From contig NZ_CP010904.1 in NCBI RefSeq assembly GCF_001017655.1, positions 660,001 to 692,000 on the forward strand: a stretch of DNA of 32,000 nucleotides, in the 5' to 3' direction. Source of the DNA: Kiritimatiella glycovorans (GTDB lineage Bacteria > Verrucomicrobiota > Kiritimatiellia > Kiritimatiellales > Kiritimatiellaceae). This document shows, one piece after another, positions 1-10,393 of the stretch. Under the pieces are notes generated by a model. That model was given only the letters and a program-made list of their open reading frames with translations, did no database searches and was not told where the DNA came from. Position numbers and translations under genes: made by a program. Numbering within the stretch: position 1 is the stretch's first letter; each line of letters opens with the position of its first letter.

Positions 1-5
1 GGTAC

Positions 6-827
6 ATGGAGCCTAATGAGACATTGATGGACGCAAGTCAGATTACAGTATCTCCGGAGGACTACCGGCCGCGGGTGCGTATCGCGTGGTCGATCCGGCC
101 GGCGGCGGGGACGTCCTGGGGGCCGCGGAGGATTCCCGATTTCGAATTCATCCACGTGGCCGAGGGGAGGCTGCGGGTGGATGTCCCCGAAGGCGACTTC
201 GTGGCGGAACCCGGCGGCGTGGTGACCCTGTATCCGCAGGAGATGCACCGGCTGGTGATGGATTCGGAGGGGGGGCGTCTGGATTGTGTTCACGCCGAGT
301 TCGTACGCGATCTCACCTGGTCTTCCGGGGGATACCGGCCGCAGCCTTGGCCGGAGCGGTACACCGCGGTCGATGCGGAACTTCCCGGACTCTTTCATCG
401 CTGCACGCGCACCTTCACCGGAACGGAACCTCGCCGGATGCTGCTGTGCGAAACGATCGCCCGCGAGTTGATGATACGTCTCGCGGTGCGGTGGGAGCGG
501 GGATCGTGCGGCGTATTCCCGGAACGGATGCATGGCATGATGCAGTACGTGCGTGAACACTGCACGGAACGCATCGGCCGGGACGACCTGGCCGCGCGGT
601 TCCATGTGACGCCGCAGTACGTCAACCAGCTCTTCCGGCGTCACCTCGGCATGACCCCGACCGAACTGGTGCACCGCGAGCGCATTGCGCGTGCGTTCGA
701 CGTCCTGCAGCGGGAGGAGGGTTCGGTGAAGGAGGCGGCCTACGCCGTGGGATTTTCGGATCCCTACTATTTTTCGCGCGTGTTCAAAAAGGTTTATGGA
801 GTAGCTCCGAGCGAGGTGCGGCCGTGA
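6..827 (+). CDS. AraC/XylS-family transcriptional regulator (cupin-like N-terminal domain, C-terminal double HTH)
   Basis: 273-aa ORF. The C-terminus ([30 protein letters not shown] ... [27 protein letters not shown]) is a typical AraC HTH pair. The N-terminus has a cupin-like [11 protein letters not shown]...HRL stretch. Its stop overlaps the next gene start (GTGA at 824-827). Confidence 0.85.
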   Translation: MEPNETLMDASQITVSPEDYRPRVRIAWSIRPAAGTSWGPRRIPDFEFIHVAEGRLRVDVPEGDFVAEPGGVVTLYPQEMHRLVMDSEGGRLDCVHAEFVRDLTWSSGGYRPQPWPERYTAVDAELPGLFHRCTRTFTGTEPRRMLLCETIARELMIRLAVRWERGSCGVFPERMHGMMQYVREHCTERIGRDDLAARFHVTPQYVNQLFRRHLGMTPTELVHRERIARAFDVLQREEGSVKEAAYAVGFSDPYYFSRVFKKVYGVAPSEVRP

Positions 828-1516
828 CGAAACCCGAATATGCGATCCTGTTCGATATCGACGGAACGCTGCTCGATTCCGGGGGTGCGGGCAGACGCGC
901 CTATGCCCGCGCCATGCGCGAGGTCTACGGGATGCCGGGCCATCTCGAAGGCGTGAGCTTTTCCGGCGCCACCGACCGCGCCATGCTCGAACACCTGCTC
1001 GAACTGCACGGGCTCGAGTCCGGGGATTCCGAAGAGGACCGCTTTTTCCGCCTGCTGCCCGAGCTGCTCGAGATCGAACTTCAATCGCATCCGCCGCGGG
1101 TGTTTCCCGGCGTGCACAAACTGCTCGAGGCCCTCCATACGGATGCCCGCTTCGTGCTGGGCCTGGTCACGGGGAACGTCGAGCCGGCGGCGCGCATCAA
1201 GCTCCGTTGCGCCGGTCTCGGACGATATTTCGAACGGGGAGGGTTCGGCTGCGATCACGCCGACCGCATCGAGATCGCCCGCCGGGGCCTGCGCAGGATG
1301 GGAACGTTTCGAGCCGGTTGTCTCGTCGGCGACACTCCGAGCGATATCGCCGCGGCCCGGGCGCACGGTCTGATCGCCGTCGCCGTGGGGACCGGGCGGG
1401 TCGATCCCGACTCGCTGCGCGCCGCCGGCGCCGACCGCGTTTTCGCCGACCTCTCCGACACCGGCGAAGTGCTCACCTATATGAAGTCCGCACTGCAGCG
1501 AGGAGGCAGACCATGA
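824..1516 (+). CDS. HAD-superfamily hydrolase (phosphoglycolate-phosphatase-like, subfamily IA)
   Basis: 230-aa ORF with HAD motif I ([10 protein letters not shown]) and motif IV (VGDTPSDI). GTG start overlaps the AraC stop; its own stop overlaps the copA ATG (ATGA at 1513-1516). Confidence 0.8.
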   Translation: MTKPEYAILFDIDGTLLDSGGAGRRAYARAMREVYGMPGHLEGVSFSGATDRAMLEHLLELHGLESGDSEEDRFFRLLPELLEIELQSHPPRVFPGVHKLLEALHTDARFVLGLVTGNVEPAARIKLRCAGLGRYFERGGFGCDHADRIEIARRGLRRMGTFRAGCLVGDTPSDIAAARAHGLIAVAVGTGRVDPDSLRAAGADRVFADLSDTGEVLTYMKSALQRGGRP

Positions 1517-3651
1517 GCGAAGACAGACGAATCTATATCTGTCCGATGTGTGAGGGGGTACGACAGGAAGGACCCGGCCAGTGCCCGCACTGCGGCATGG
1601 CGCTCGAGCCGGAGAGCCCGGGCGCGGGCACAGGCCGGGAAGGGGAAGATCCCGAACTGAAGGAGATGAACCGCCGTTTTCGGGTCTCGCTGGTATTCGG
1701 ACTTCCGGTTTTCATCCTGGCGATGGGGTCGATGATGCCCGGCGTGCCGATCGGGCGCTGGGTTCCCGAAACCTGGTCGCGCTGGATCCAACTCGTGCTC
1801 GCCACGCCCGTGGTGGCCGGATGCGGAAGCATCTTTTTCGTGCGGGCATGGAAGGCCCTGAGGCACGGTTCGCTGAACATGTTCACGCTGATCTCACTGG
1901 GAACCGGAGCGGCTTACCTGTACAGCGTGGCCGCGGTTATCGCGCCGCAGCTCTTCCCGCCCTCTTTCCGGGAAGAAGGACATGTCGTCGTGTATTTCGA
2001 GGCGGCGGCGATGATCACCGTACTCGTACTGATCGGACAGGTGATGGAGCTGCGCGCCCGCAAGCGCACCGGGGCGGCGGTGCGTGAATTACTCGAACTG
2101 GCCCCTGAACGCGCCCGGGTCATCCGCGACGGCGAAGAGCAGGAGGTCCCGCTCGATCAGGTCGAAAAAGGCGACCGGCTTCGCGTGCGTCCCGGCGAGA
2201 AGGTCCCCGTGGACGGCACGGTCGCGGAGGGCACGAGTTCGGTCGACGAGTCGATGATCACGGGTGAGCCGATGCCTGCGGGCAAGGAGCCCGGCGACCG
2301 GGTGACCGGCGGGACGCTGAACAGCAGGGGGTCGTTCATCATGACCGCCGAGAAGGTGGGATCCGAAACCGTCCTCTCCCAGATCGTCGATATGGTGAGC
2401 GCGGCACAGCGCAGCCGCGCCCCGATCCAGCGCGTCGCCGATTCGGTGGCGTCATGGTTTGTTCCGGCGGTGGTGGCGGTCGCGGTGATCGCCTTTATCG
2501 TCTGGTCGCTCGCCGGGCCGGAGCCGCGACTCGCCCATGCCCTCGCGGCGGCGGTCTCCGTGCTCATTATCGCCTGCCCCTGCGCGCTGGGACTTGCGAC
2601 CCCGATGTCGATCATGGTCGGCGTCGGGCGCGGCGCGAGCGAAGGGGTGCTCTTCAGGGATGCCGAACAGCTCGAAGCGCTGGAGCGCGTCGATACGCTG
2701 ATCGTCGACAAGACCGGTACGCTCACCGAAGGCCGCCCCGGACTTCAGCGCTGTGTGCCCGCGGGGGAGGGGGATGAAGACGAAATCCTGCGTCTCGCCG
2801 CCTCGCTCGAACAGGGCAGCGAACATCCGCTCGCCGCCGCACTCGTCGAAGCCGCACGGGAGAAAGGGCTCGAACTCGCCGCGGCGGATTCGTTCGAAGC
2901 CGTTTCGGGTGGCGGCGTGCGCGGAACGGTGGATGGGCGCGAGGTGCTCGTGGGGCGGGCGTCGTTTCTGAAAGACCGCGGCGCGTCCGGGGTGGACGCG
3001 CTTACCGGACAGGCCGGCGAGGCCGAATCGCAGGGTGCGACGGCGGTGTACCTGGCCCTGGACGGAAAAGCCGCAGGCTGGCTTGCGGTCGCCGATCGCC
3101 TCAAGGAGACCACGCCGCAGGCGGTGGAGGCGCTTCACCGGCTGGGCATCCGGCTGATCATGGTCACTGGAGACCAGGAGCGCACGGCAAAGGCGGTGGC
3201 CGCAGAACTCGGCATCGACGACGTCGTGGCGGGCGTGGCGCCCGAAGACAAGCATGATCAGATCAAGCGCCTCAAGGAGGCCGGGCGGCGTGTGGCGATG
3301 GCCGGCGACGGGATCAACGACGCGCCGGCGCTCGCGGCCGCGGACGTGGGCATCGCCATGGGCGGCGGTACGGACGTGGCGATCGAAAGTGCGGGCGTGA
3401 CTCTCGTGAAGGGCGATCTGCGCGGAATCGAGCGCGCGTTCAGGCTCAGCCGCAAGGTCATGCGCAATATCCGCCAGAACCTCTTTTTCGCGCTGGTCTA
3501 TAACGCTGCCGGCGTACCGGTCGCGGCCGGAATTCTCTACCCCGTATTCAAGGTGCTGCTCAACCCGATCATTGCCGCCGCGGCCATGAGCTGCAGCTCC
3601 GTCTCGGTGGTCAGCAACGCGCTGCGGCTGCGCAAAGTCGCGATCCGGTAG
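1513..3651 (+). CDS. copA: Cu+-exporting P1B-type ATPase with an N-terminal CPxC...CPHCGM zinc-ribbon-like metal-binding domain
   Basis: P-type motifs DKTGTLT, TGES-equivalent ITGEP and GDGINDAP. Cu+ selectivity signature: CPC ([13 protein letters not shown]), YN (LVYNAAG) and MxxSS (MSCSS). The start is placed at the internal ATG 1513 ([15 protein letters not shown]). The 1207-1512 part of the tracked ORF is an Arg-rich out-of-frame overlap with the HAD gene. Confidence 0.9.
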   Translation: MSEDRRIYICPMCEGVRQEGPGQCPHCGMALEPESPGAGTGREGEDPELKEMNRRFRVSLVFGLPVFILAMGSMMPGVPIGRWVPETWSRWIQLVLATPVVAGCGSIFFVRAWKALRHGSLNMFTLISLGTGAAYLYSVAAVIAPQLFPPSFREEGHVVVYFEAAAMITVLVLIGQVMELRARKRTGAAVRELLELAPERARVIRDGEEQEVPLDQVEKGDRLRVRPGEKVPVDGTVAEGTSSVDESMITGEPMPAGKEPGDRVTGGTLNSRGSFIMTAEKVGSETVLSQIVDMVSAAQRSRAPIQRVADSVASWFVPAVVAVAVIAFIVWSLAGPEPRLAHALAAAVSVLIIACPCALGLATPMSIMVGVGRGASEGVLFRDAEQLEALERVDTLIVDKTGTLTEGRPGLQRCVPAGEGDEDEILRLAASLEQGSEHPLAAALVEAAREKGLELAAADSFEAVSGGGVRGTVDGREVLVGRASFLKDRGASGVDALTGQAGEAESQGATAVYLALDGKAAGWLAVADRLKETTPQAVEALHRLGIRLIMVTGDQERTAKAVAAELGIDDVVAGVAPEDKHDQIKRLKEAGRRVAMAGDGINDAPALAAADVGIAMGGGTDVAIESAGVTLVKGDLRGIERAFRLSRKVMRNIRQNLFFALVYNAAGVPVAAGILYPVFKVLLNPIIAAAAMSCSSVSVVSNALRLRKVAIR

Positions 3652-3732
3652 CGGGATGAAGCGTACACGTAAGATTTTCCGCGGGACTCAGAGCGTGCAT
3701 TGTGCCCTGAATCCTGTCCGAAAGGATATAAA

Positions 3733-3776
3733 GAGGCCCGCCGCTGCCGCAGCAGGGGCGGGCCTTTCCCTTTTCT
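3733..3776. terminator. Bidirectional intrinsic terminator between convergent copA and gdhA
   Basis: GGCCCGCC (3735-3742) pairs with GGCGGGCC (3757-3764), with an inner GCTG/CAGC extension. T-rich tracts follow on both strands (TTTCCCTTTTCT on +, TCTTTATATCC on -). Confidence 0.6.
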
Positions 3777-3781
3777 GACCC

Positions 3782-5185
<1,404 letters not shown>

Positions 5186-5294
5186 TCATTACCGTAATAA
5201 CGGCATGATCTTGCCGCAAAAGAACCGAAACACTAGAACGGGCACCGAGGAATGGCAAAATAAATCTTAATGGAATTGCAAGAGAGAAGCACAT

Positions 5295-5308
5295 CGGCAA
5301 TATTGCCG
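5295..5308. promoter_or_regulatory. Perfect 14-bp palindrome CGGCAATATTGCCG in the gdhA/nrpR divergent intergenic region (candidate operator)
   Basis: Read directly from the sequence. It lies in an AT-richer 372-nt spacer between the two divergent start codons. Confidence 0.3.
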
Positions 5309-5417
5309 TATCGGGCGAGGTGTAATATGGGTGAAAAAACCTGAACTCTGAAACTTGGGCAAGATATGTCGGGCAGGTCTTCCCCTCAGGCTACGGGTTT
5401 CGCGTTCATAAATCTTC

Positions 5418-5493
5418 CACTCAGGTTTCAGGTTTCTCACTCAAACACGGGATTCACTCAGGTTTCAGGTCTCAGGTTTCTCACTCAAACACG
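5418..5493 (+). repeat. Two tandem copies of CACTCAGGTTTCAGG(TCTCAGG)TTTCTCACTCAAACACG directly upstream of the nrpR-like RBS
   Basis: Copy 1 is 5418-5449 (32 nt). Copy 2 is 5455-5493 (39 nt) and is identical except for one extra internal heptamer. The units contain CAGGTTT/CAGGTCT heptamer sub-repeats. Confidence 0.8.
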
Positions 5494-5509
5494 AGGGAGG
5501 CGGGGTTAG

Positions 5510-6514
5510 ATGGATAAGCGCGCGCGCAAGCGGTGGGCGATACTGGATGTGCTCAAGGGAGCGCGGGAGCCGATGAGTGGCGGCCGGGTGGCGGCGGAGC
5601 TGGCGGGCCGGGGGATGGAGATCAGTGAGCGGACCGTGCGACTTTATCTGCGCGAGCTGGATCGGGAGGGATTGACGGAGCATCATGGTCGTCGTGGGCG
5701 GACGATCACGGATCGGGGGCGGTCGGAAGCGGAGGATTCGCGGGCGCTGGAGCGGGTGGGCTTTCTGTCGGCGCGGATTGATCAGATGGCCTACCGGATG
5801 CAGCTCGACCTTGCGACGCGCGAGGGCACGGTAGTGGTGAACACGACGACGCTCCCGCGGAGCGCGGTTACGCCGGAGCGACTGGAACTGGTGTCCGAGG
5901 TTTTCGCGTCGGGGTACGCGATGGGGCGTCTCATCACGCTCTATATGCCGGGCGAGCGGTACGGCCGCGATCAGGAAATCGGGCCGGATGAGATCGGCCT
6001 GGGCACGGTTTGTTCGATCACGTTGAACGGCGTACTGCTTCGGCGCGGAATCCCGACCTATTCACGGTTTGGAGGTCTTCTCGATGTGCGGGACGGCAAA
6101 CCGACGCGTTTCGTGGAGATTATCAACTATGAGGGCACGAGCATCGACCCGCTGGAGATTTTCATCAGGAGCGGAATGACGGATTACACGGGCGCGGTGC
6201 GAGGAGGCAGCGGCCGTATCGGCGCGAGTTTCCGTGAGTTTCCGGCCGAAAGCGAGGAGGCGGTCCGCTCGGTGGCCTCCGAGCTGGAGGAGGCGGGACT
6301 GGGGAGCCTGATGGTGCTGGGAGGGCCGGGGCAGTCGATCCTCGATATCCCCGTCGGCCCCGACCGTGTAGGTGCGGTGATCATCGGCGGTCTCAACCCC
6401 GTGGCGGTCTTCGAGGAGTCCGGCGTGCGCGTGCGCGCGACCGCGCTGGCCGGTCTGGCGGATGTCCACCGCTTCTTCCCCTACACCCGGCTTGCGGAGA
6501 AGATCGGGGACTAG
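5510..6514 (+). CDS. nrpR: NrpR-like nitrogen regulatory repressor (winged HTH plus one NrpR/DUF128 domain)
   Basis: 334 aa. The N-terminus (ILDVL...PMSGGRVAAELAGRGMEISERTVRLYLRELDREGLT...GRTITDRG) and the following RVGFLSARIDQMAYRMQLD...GTVVVNTT match my recollection of euryarchaeal NrpR architecture. RBS GAGGGAGG lies 9 nt upstream. The family assignment is from memory, not a search. Confidence 0.65.
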   Translation: MDKRARKRWAILDVLKGAREPMSGGRVAAELAGRGMEISERTVRLYLRELDREGLTEHHGRRGRTITDRGRSEAEDSRALERVGFLSARIDQMAYRMQLDLATREGTVVVNTTTLPRSAVTPERLELVSEVFASGYAMGRLITLYMPGERYGRDQEIGPDEIGLGTVCSITLNGVLLRRGIPTYSRFGGLLDVRDGKPTRFVEIINYEGTSIDPLEIFIRSGMTDYTGAVRGGSGRIGASFREFPAESEEAVRSVASELEEAGLGSLMVLGGPGQSILDIPVGPDRVGAVIIGGLNPVAVFEESGVRVRATALAGLADVHRFFPYTRLAEKIGD

Positions 6515-6563
6515 CTTACGGCAGCGCGCGCGCCGCATTTACGCATGAGGTCCGTTCCTGCCC

Positions 6564-7862
6564 TCATCGCTCATACATCTCCCTCATCCGCCGGTTGGCT
6601 TCGGCGACGATCCGCACCAGTTCAGGGTCCCGCTCGAGCGAGACGTCGAAGCGTCCGGGATCCCCTTTGTCCATGGCGCGGTCCGAGCCGTAGGCCCACC
6701 ACCAGGCGAGCTGCACGCCGGAGTCGACGAGGTCGTCGGCGGCCCTGCGGAACCACTGCGCGGCGATTTCTTTTTCGCGGTAGCTCTCAAACCAGTCAAC
6801 GGCTTCGTGCACGTCCGGTTTTTTCTCGCGGCTGACGGGCAGCGGGCCGTATTCCCCGATCACGACGGGTTTCCACAGTTCGTCTTCCATGATCCGGACG
6901 TAGTCGTTCAGGGTCAGGATCCGATCGGCCAGTTCCACGCCGCCGTGCGGGATCGCATAGTAATGGACGTCGATCACGTCGATCGCCGGCTCGCCGCAGA
7001 CGAGTTCCCACGCGCGGACGTGCTCCTCGTAAGTGTCCTTCTTCCAGGAGTCATTCGTGTACTGGTTCCAGGCCGAGGGGCGCAGTTTCGATCCGCCGTT
7101 GACGACCATTCGCAGCCGGTCGAGCGCTTTGATCTTTCGCGCGACGTCGTCATAGAACGTCGCCAGTTCGGCGTGGGTCGGCATGCGGGCACCATGATAG
7201 ACCTTCGAGCCGGGCTGGAGATCGGCCATGTTGGTCAGTTCGTTGCCGATTTCCCACATGAGTACGGCGCGGCTGTTGCGGTATCGGGGGATGGCGGTTT
7301 CCAGATAGTCGTAGAGTGCCGCGCGGCTTTCGGATTCCGGGTCGGCGATCAACTCGCGCGGGTGCTCCTCGCCGAGGATCCGGCCGCGGATGCCCCCCTG
7401 CTCATTGAAGCGGTGGCGGCGGTCCGAGAACGACCCGCACCCGAGACTGACCACGGCCCGGATGTCGTTGCGGGCGCAGAGCGCGATGGCCTTGTCGAGC
7501 GCCTCGAAATGCACGGAACGCAGTTCCGGATCTTCAAAAAAGGTGCGTCCGCGTCCGTAGGGCGAAGCGAAGAAACGGATCGTGCGGAAACCCATCGAGC
7601 GCAGCTCGCGCAGGGTGGCGTCCTGTTTTCGTACCGCCGCATTGGTTTCTGTCAGCGCGCCGCCGTCCAGCGCCTCGTGCCAGAGCGCCCAGTAGAGATC
7701 GAACTTATTCCAGCCGATCCCCGCGAACCGTTGGCCCTCAAGGTAAAACCCGTCGCCACGCCAGGTGAGGACGTCCTCGCGCCCGAGCGGTTCGGCGCCG
7801 GAAGGCGCGAGCGTAGTCAGGAGGGCAAGGATGACCAGGGATATGCGTGTGCCGGGTTTCAT
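6564..7862 (-). CDS. Secreted glycoside hydrolase family 5 (clan GH-A) enzyme
   Basis: 432 aa. Signal peptide MKPGTRISLVILALLTTLAPSGA. Acid/base motif WEIGNELTN and nucleophile motif VVIGEYG, in typical GH5 spacing. Confidence 0.8.
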   Translation of the reverse strand: MKPGTRISLVILALLTTLAPSGAEPLGREDVLTWRGDGFYLEGQRFAGIGWNKFDLYWALWHEALDGGALTETNAAVRKQDATLRELRSMGFRTIRFFASPYGRGRTFFEDPELRSVHFEALDKAIALCARNDIRAVVSLGCGSFSDRRHRFNEQGGIRGRILGEEHPRELIADPESESRAALYDYLETAIPRYRNSRAVLMWEIGNELTNMADLQPGSKVYHGARMPTHAELATFYDDVARKIKALDRLRMVVNGGSKLRPSAWNQYTNDSWKKDTYEEHVRAWELVCGEPAIDVIDVHYYAIPHGGVELADRILTLNDYVRIMEDELWKPVVIGEYGPLPVSREKKPDVHEAVDWFESYREKEIAAQWFRRAADDLVDSGVQLAWWWAYGSDRAMDKGDPGRFDVSLERDPELVRIVAEANRRMREMYER

Positions 7863-7880
7863 GTGGGGTGCGAGGATAGG

Positions 7881-8054
7881 CTATTCGTCAAACCACGTCA
7901 CGGTCCTTCTGCAGATGCGCACGAGCATCAGCATGACGGGCACTTCGATGAGCACCCCGACCACGGTCGCCAGCGCTGCGCCCGAAGACAGTCCGAACAG
8001 CATGGTTGCCGTCGCGATGGCGACCTCGAAATGAACGGCTGTTCGATTCCATAG
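7881..8054 (-). pseudogene. acr3: C-terminal ~57-codon remnant of an ACR3-family arsenite efflux gene
   Basis: The minus-strand frame reads ...[53 protein letters not shown]. This matches the conserved last helices of ACR3 (FELAIAVA..FG..SGAA.A.V.GPLVEVPV). Only 174 nt lie between the arsC stop (8057) and this stop, so about 300 N-terminal codons are missing. Confidence 0.6.
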
Positions 8055-8056
8055 GC

Positions 8057-8518
8057 CTATGGACTCCTTTTTATTCCGGTTAAGGCCGCCGGCAGTCTTT
8101 CCACGAATCTCCGGATCTCGTCGCGGACGCGGCGGTACGGTTCGAGGGCTTCTTCTTCGTCCGCGGCCTGCTCCGCCAGCTTCGGCGGATCGTCGAAGCC
8201 GACGTGGACAACTCTCGCGCCGCCGGGGAACACGGGGCAGGTCTCGTGCGCATGGCCGCAGACGGTTATGACATAGTCGAAGTCCGGATCGTCCAGGTCG
8301 TCGACTTTCTTAGACCGTTGTCCGGAGATGTCGACGCCGGCTTCCGCCATCACGCGGACGGCGGACGGGTTCAACCCGTGTGTTTCGATGCCGGCGGAGC
8401 GGGCGTCGATCACGTCGCCTTTCAGCGTGCGCGTCCAGCCTTCGGCCATCTGGCTGCGGCAGGAATTCCCGGTGCACAGGAAAAGCACCTTCAGTTTGTT
8501 CGCGTCATGGTGCGACAT
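8057..8518 (-). CDS. arsC: Thioredoxin-coupled arsenate reductase (LMW-PTP type)
   Basis: CX5R P-loop ([17 protein letters not shown]) plus the Cys82/Cys89-equivalent pair ([10 protein letters not shown]). The start is set at the internal ATG 8518 ([11 protein letters not shown]), preceded by GGAGGA. The tracked ORF runs to 8545. Confidence 0.85.
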   Translation of the reverse strand: MSHHDANKLKVLFLCTGNSCRSQMAEGWTRTLKGDVIDARSAGIETHGLNPSAVRVMAEAGVDISGQRSKKVDDLDDPDFDYVITVCGHAHETCPVFPGGARVVHVGFDDPPKLAEQAADEEEALEPYRRVRDEIRRFVERLPAALTGIKRSP

Positions 8519-8544
8519 ACTTCCTCCAGGCGATTCGGAGCGCA

Positions 8545-8595
8545 TCAGGCTGCGTAGAGCATATAGAGGCCGCGCAGGATTTCGATCTTCTTCAT
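8545..8595 (-). pseudogene. 16-codon ORF ([16 protein letters not shown]), possibly a remnant of the small thioredoxin-like redox-active-disulfide protein that usually follows PF03773 permeases
   Basis: A strong RBS (AAGGAGG) sits 6 nt upstream of the ATG. The MKKIEIL start resembles the MK(K)IE(I/V)LG.GC..C start of that family, but the CxxC and the rest of the ~77-aa protein are absent. The call rests on a 7-residue resemblance only. Confidence 0.3.
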
Positions 8596-8608
8596 GGCTG
8601 CATCCTCC

Positions 8609-9916
8609 TTATGTGAGGGCTCCGAACAGCATCCCGCTGATCGTCGCCATAACGACCACCAGCAGCACGAAAGTGATGGTTTTCCTTGTTCCCATCACGC
8701 TGTGAATCACCAGCATGTTGGGTAGGCTAAGCGCCGGGCCTGCCAGCAGCAGAGCCAGCGCCGGGCCGTCCCCCATGCCATTACGGATGAGACCCTGCAG
8801 GATCGGCACTTCGGTCAGCGTGGCAAAGTACATGAATGCGCCGGCCACCGAGGCGAAGAGGTTCGCGCCGGGCGAATTCCCGCCCACCAGCTGCGCCACC
8901 CAGTCGGCGGGGATCAGGCCGCCCTGCGCGTGTTCCGGGCTGCCGAGCAGCAGCCCGGCCGCGACGACCCCGGCCAGAAGCAGCGGAAGGATCTGTTTGG
9001 CAAAGCCCCACGAGGCGGCGAACCACTCGCCGGTCTCGCCGCGGGAGGTGGACGCGAGCGCGGAGAGTCCGACGACCCCGGCCGCGAAGGGGAGGGCGGG
9101 GTGCTGCGGGAAGGCGAAGGCGAGGCCGGCGGCGGGTGCGGCGGCGAACAGCATTTTCCACGGCTTGACTCCGAACCAGAGCACCACCAGCACCGCCAGC
9201 ACGGCGGAAAACAGCGCCGTCAGCGGCCATTTGGCCGTGTAGATCGCGTGCCAGAGCCCTGTCGGCTCCATCGGGGCGCCCCAGTTGGCGAAGATGAGGA
9301 TGGCGATCATGATGGCGAAGTAGATCGCGTTCTGCCACAGCGGGCGCGCGGTCTCGGGGTCGGAGAGCGTGATGCGGCCGTCCTCTTGTTCGCGGTTTTC
9401 ACGGCGGAATATGAGGTGCATCAGCAGCCCGATCACGATACTGAACAGGATCGCCCCGATCGCGCGGGCGACGCCGAGCTTCGGCCCCAGCACCCGCGTT
9501 GTCAGCGCGATCGCCAGCACGTTGATCGCCGGCCCCGAGTAGAGGAATGCGGTCGCCGGCCCCAGTCCCGCGCCCATGCGATAGATGCCGGCGAAAAGAG
9601 GGAGTACAGTGCAGGAGCATACGGCGAGGATGGTGCCCGAGATCGAGGCGACCCCGTAGGCGAGGACTTTATGGGCGCCCGCGCCGAGATATTTGACTAC
9701 CGACGCGCGGCTGATGAAGACCGAGACCGCGCCGGCGATAAAGAAAGCGGGGATCAGGCAGAACAGGACGTGCTCGCGCGCATACCAGCGGACGAGCCTC
9801 AGCGCCTCCAGCACCGCTGCATTGAATCGCTCCCCGCCGACCGGCAGATAAAAACAGGCCAGAAAGATCCCGATCATCAGCGCCAGCTTGCGCCATTCCT
9901 TTTTCCACTCGATCAT
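8609..9916 (-). CDS. PF03773 (DUF318/ArsP-like) multi-pass permease of the ars locus
   Basis: 435-aa polytopic membrane protein. It has the family-typical vicinal cysteine motif (ILAVCSCTVLPLFAGI) followed by GPATAFLYSGPAINVLAI. It sits between arsR and arsC. Confidence 0.75.
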   Translation of the reverse strand: MIEWKKEWRKLALMIGIFLACFYLPVGGERFNAAVLEALRLVRWYAREHVLFCLIPAFFIAGAVSVFISRASVVKYLGAGAHKVLAYGVASISGTILAVCSCTVLPLFAGIYRMGAGLGPATAFLYSGPAINVLAIALTTRVLGPKLGVARAIGAILFSIVIGLLMHLIFRRENREQEDGRITLSDPETARPLWQNAIYFAIMIAILIFANWGAPMEPTGLWHAIYTAKWPLTALFSAVLAVLVVLWFGVKPWKMLFAAAPAAGLAFAFPQHPALPFAAGVVGLSALASTSRGETGEWFAASWGFAKQILPLLLAGVVAAGLLLGSPEHAQGGLIPADWVAQLVGGNSPGANLFASVAGAFMYFATLTEVPILQGLIRNGMGDGPALALLLAGPALSLPNMLVIHSVMGTRKTITFVLLVVVMATISGMLFGALT

Positions 9917-9935
9917 GTCGTCACCTTTTGCTACG

Positions 9936-9946
9936 GTTGGTCAATA
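9936..9946. promoter_or_regulatory. GTTGGTCAATA box upstream of the permease gene (copy 1 of 2)
   Basis: The same 11-mer, followed by a similar A-rich tail ending AAAAAAGAGGGG, recurs upstream of arsR at 10304-10314. On the coding (minus) strand it reads TATTGACCAAC, which contains a TTGACC -35-like hexamer. Confidence 0.35.
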
Positions 9947-9975
9947 CGCCAAATAATCACTAAAAAAAAGAGGGG

Positions 9976-10275
9976 TCATCGTTCGCGTTCCTTCAACGCC
10001 CGATCCACGCACTCCAGGAAGCCGAGCGTGCAGGGCAGGCGCAGCGAGTAGAAAATCTGCTTCCCGCGCCGGTCGCGCTCCACCAGCCCTGCCGCATGCA
10101 ATACGCTCAGATGCTTCGAGACCGTGGACATATCCAGCCCGACGCGTTCCCGTAGTTCGCAGACGCAACGCTCCCCTTCGCCCATCGCCGCCACCATCGT
10201 CAGCCGCGCCGGATGCCCCAGCGCCTTGAAAATCTCCGCCCGGGCCGCCATCGCTTTTTCACCCGCATTTTTCAT
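9976..10275 (-). CDS. arsR: ArsR/SmtB-family metalloregulator
   Basis: 99 aa. Metal-site/HTH region ERCVCELRERVGLDMSTVSKHLSVLHAAGLVERDRRGKQIFYSL is typical of ArsR. Confidence 0.9.
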   Translation of the reverse strand: MKNAGEKAMAARAEIFKALGHPARLTMVAAMGEGERCVCELRERVGLDMSTVSKHLSVLHAAGLVERDRRGKQIFYSLRLPCTLGFLECVDRALKERER

Positions 10276-10303
10276 GGAGGGGATGTTGGATGTAATATGG
10301 TCA

Positions 10304-10314
10304 GTTGGTCAATA
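10304..10314. promoter_or_regulatory. GTTGGTCAATA box upstream of arsR (copy 2 of 2)
   Basis: See 9936-9946. The 11-mer lies about 30 nt upstream of the arsR ATG and is followed by an A-rich tail ending AAAAAAGGGG. Confidence 0.35.
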
Positions 10315-10393
10315 GTAAAAATATAAAAAAGGGGCTGGAGTTCATGGGGAGCGTGGTACCTGCGCAAAGATTCCTTTGGGGATCAGGATTTAC

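Noticed and set aside
1207-1512. N-terminal 102-codon extension of the copA ORF in the track ([19 protein letters not shown]...)
   Set aside because: It is Arg/Pro-rich and low-complexity, and it lies entirely inside the HAD gene in another frame. The internal ATG at 1513 overlaps the HAD stop (ATGA) and starts at the recognisable metal-binding domain.
6515-6563. Terminator between the convergent nrpR-like and GH5 genes (CGGCAGCGCGCGCGCCG)
   Set aside because: It is only an imperfect GC-only palindrome with a very short T tract, which is too weak to call.
6807-8054. 415-aa ORF antisense to the GH5 gene, reaching into the acr3 remnant
   Set aside because: It is a shadow ORF with no recognisable domain. 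The opposite strand carries the GH5 catalytic motifs and a signal peptide.
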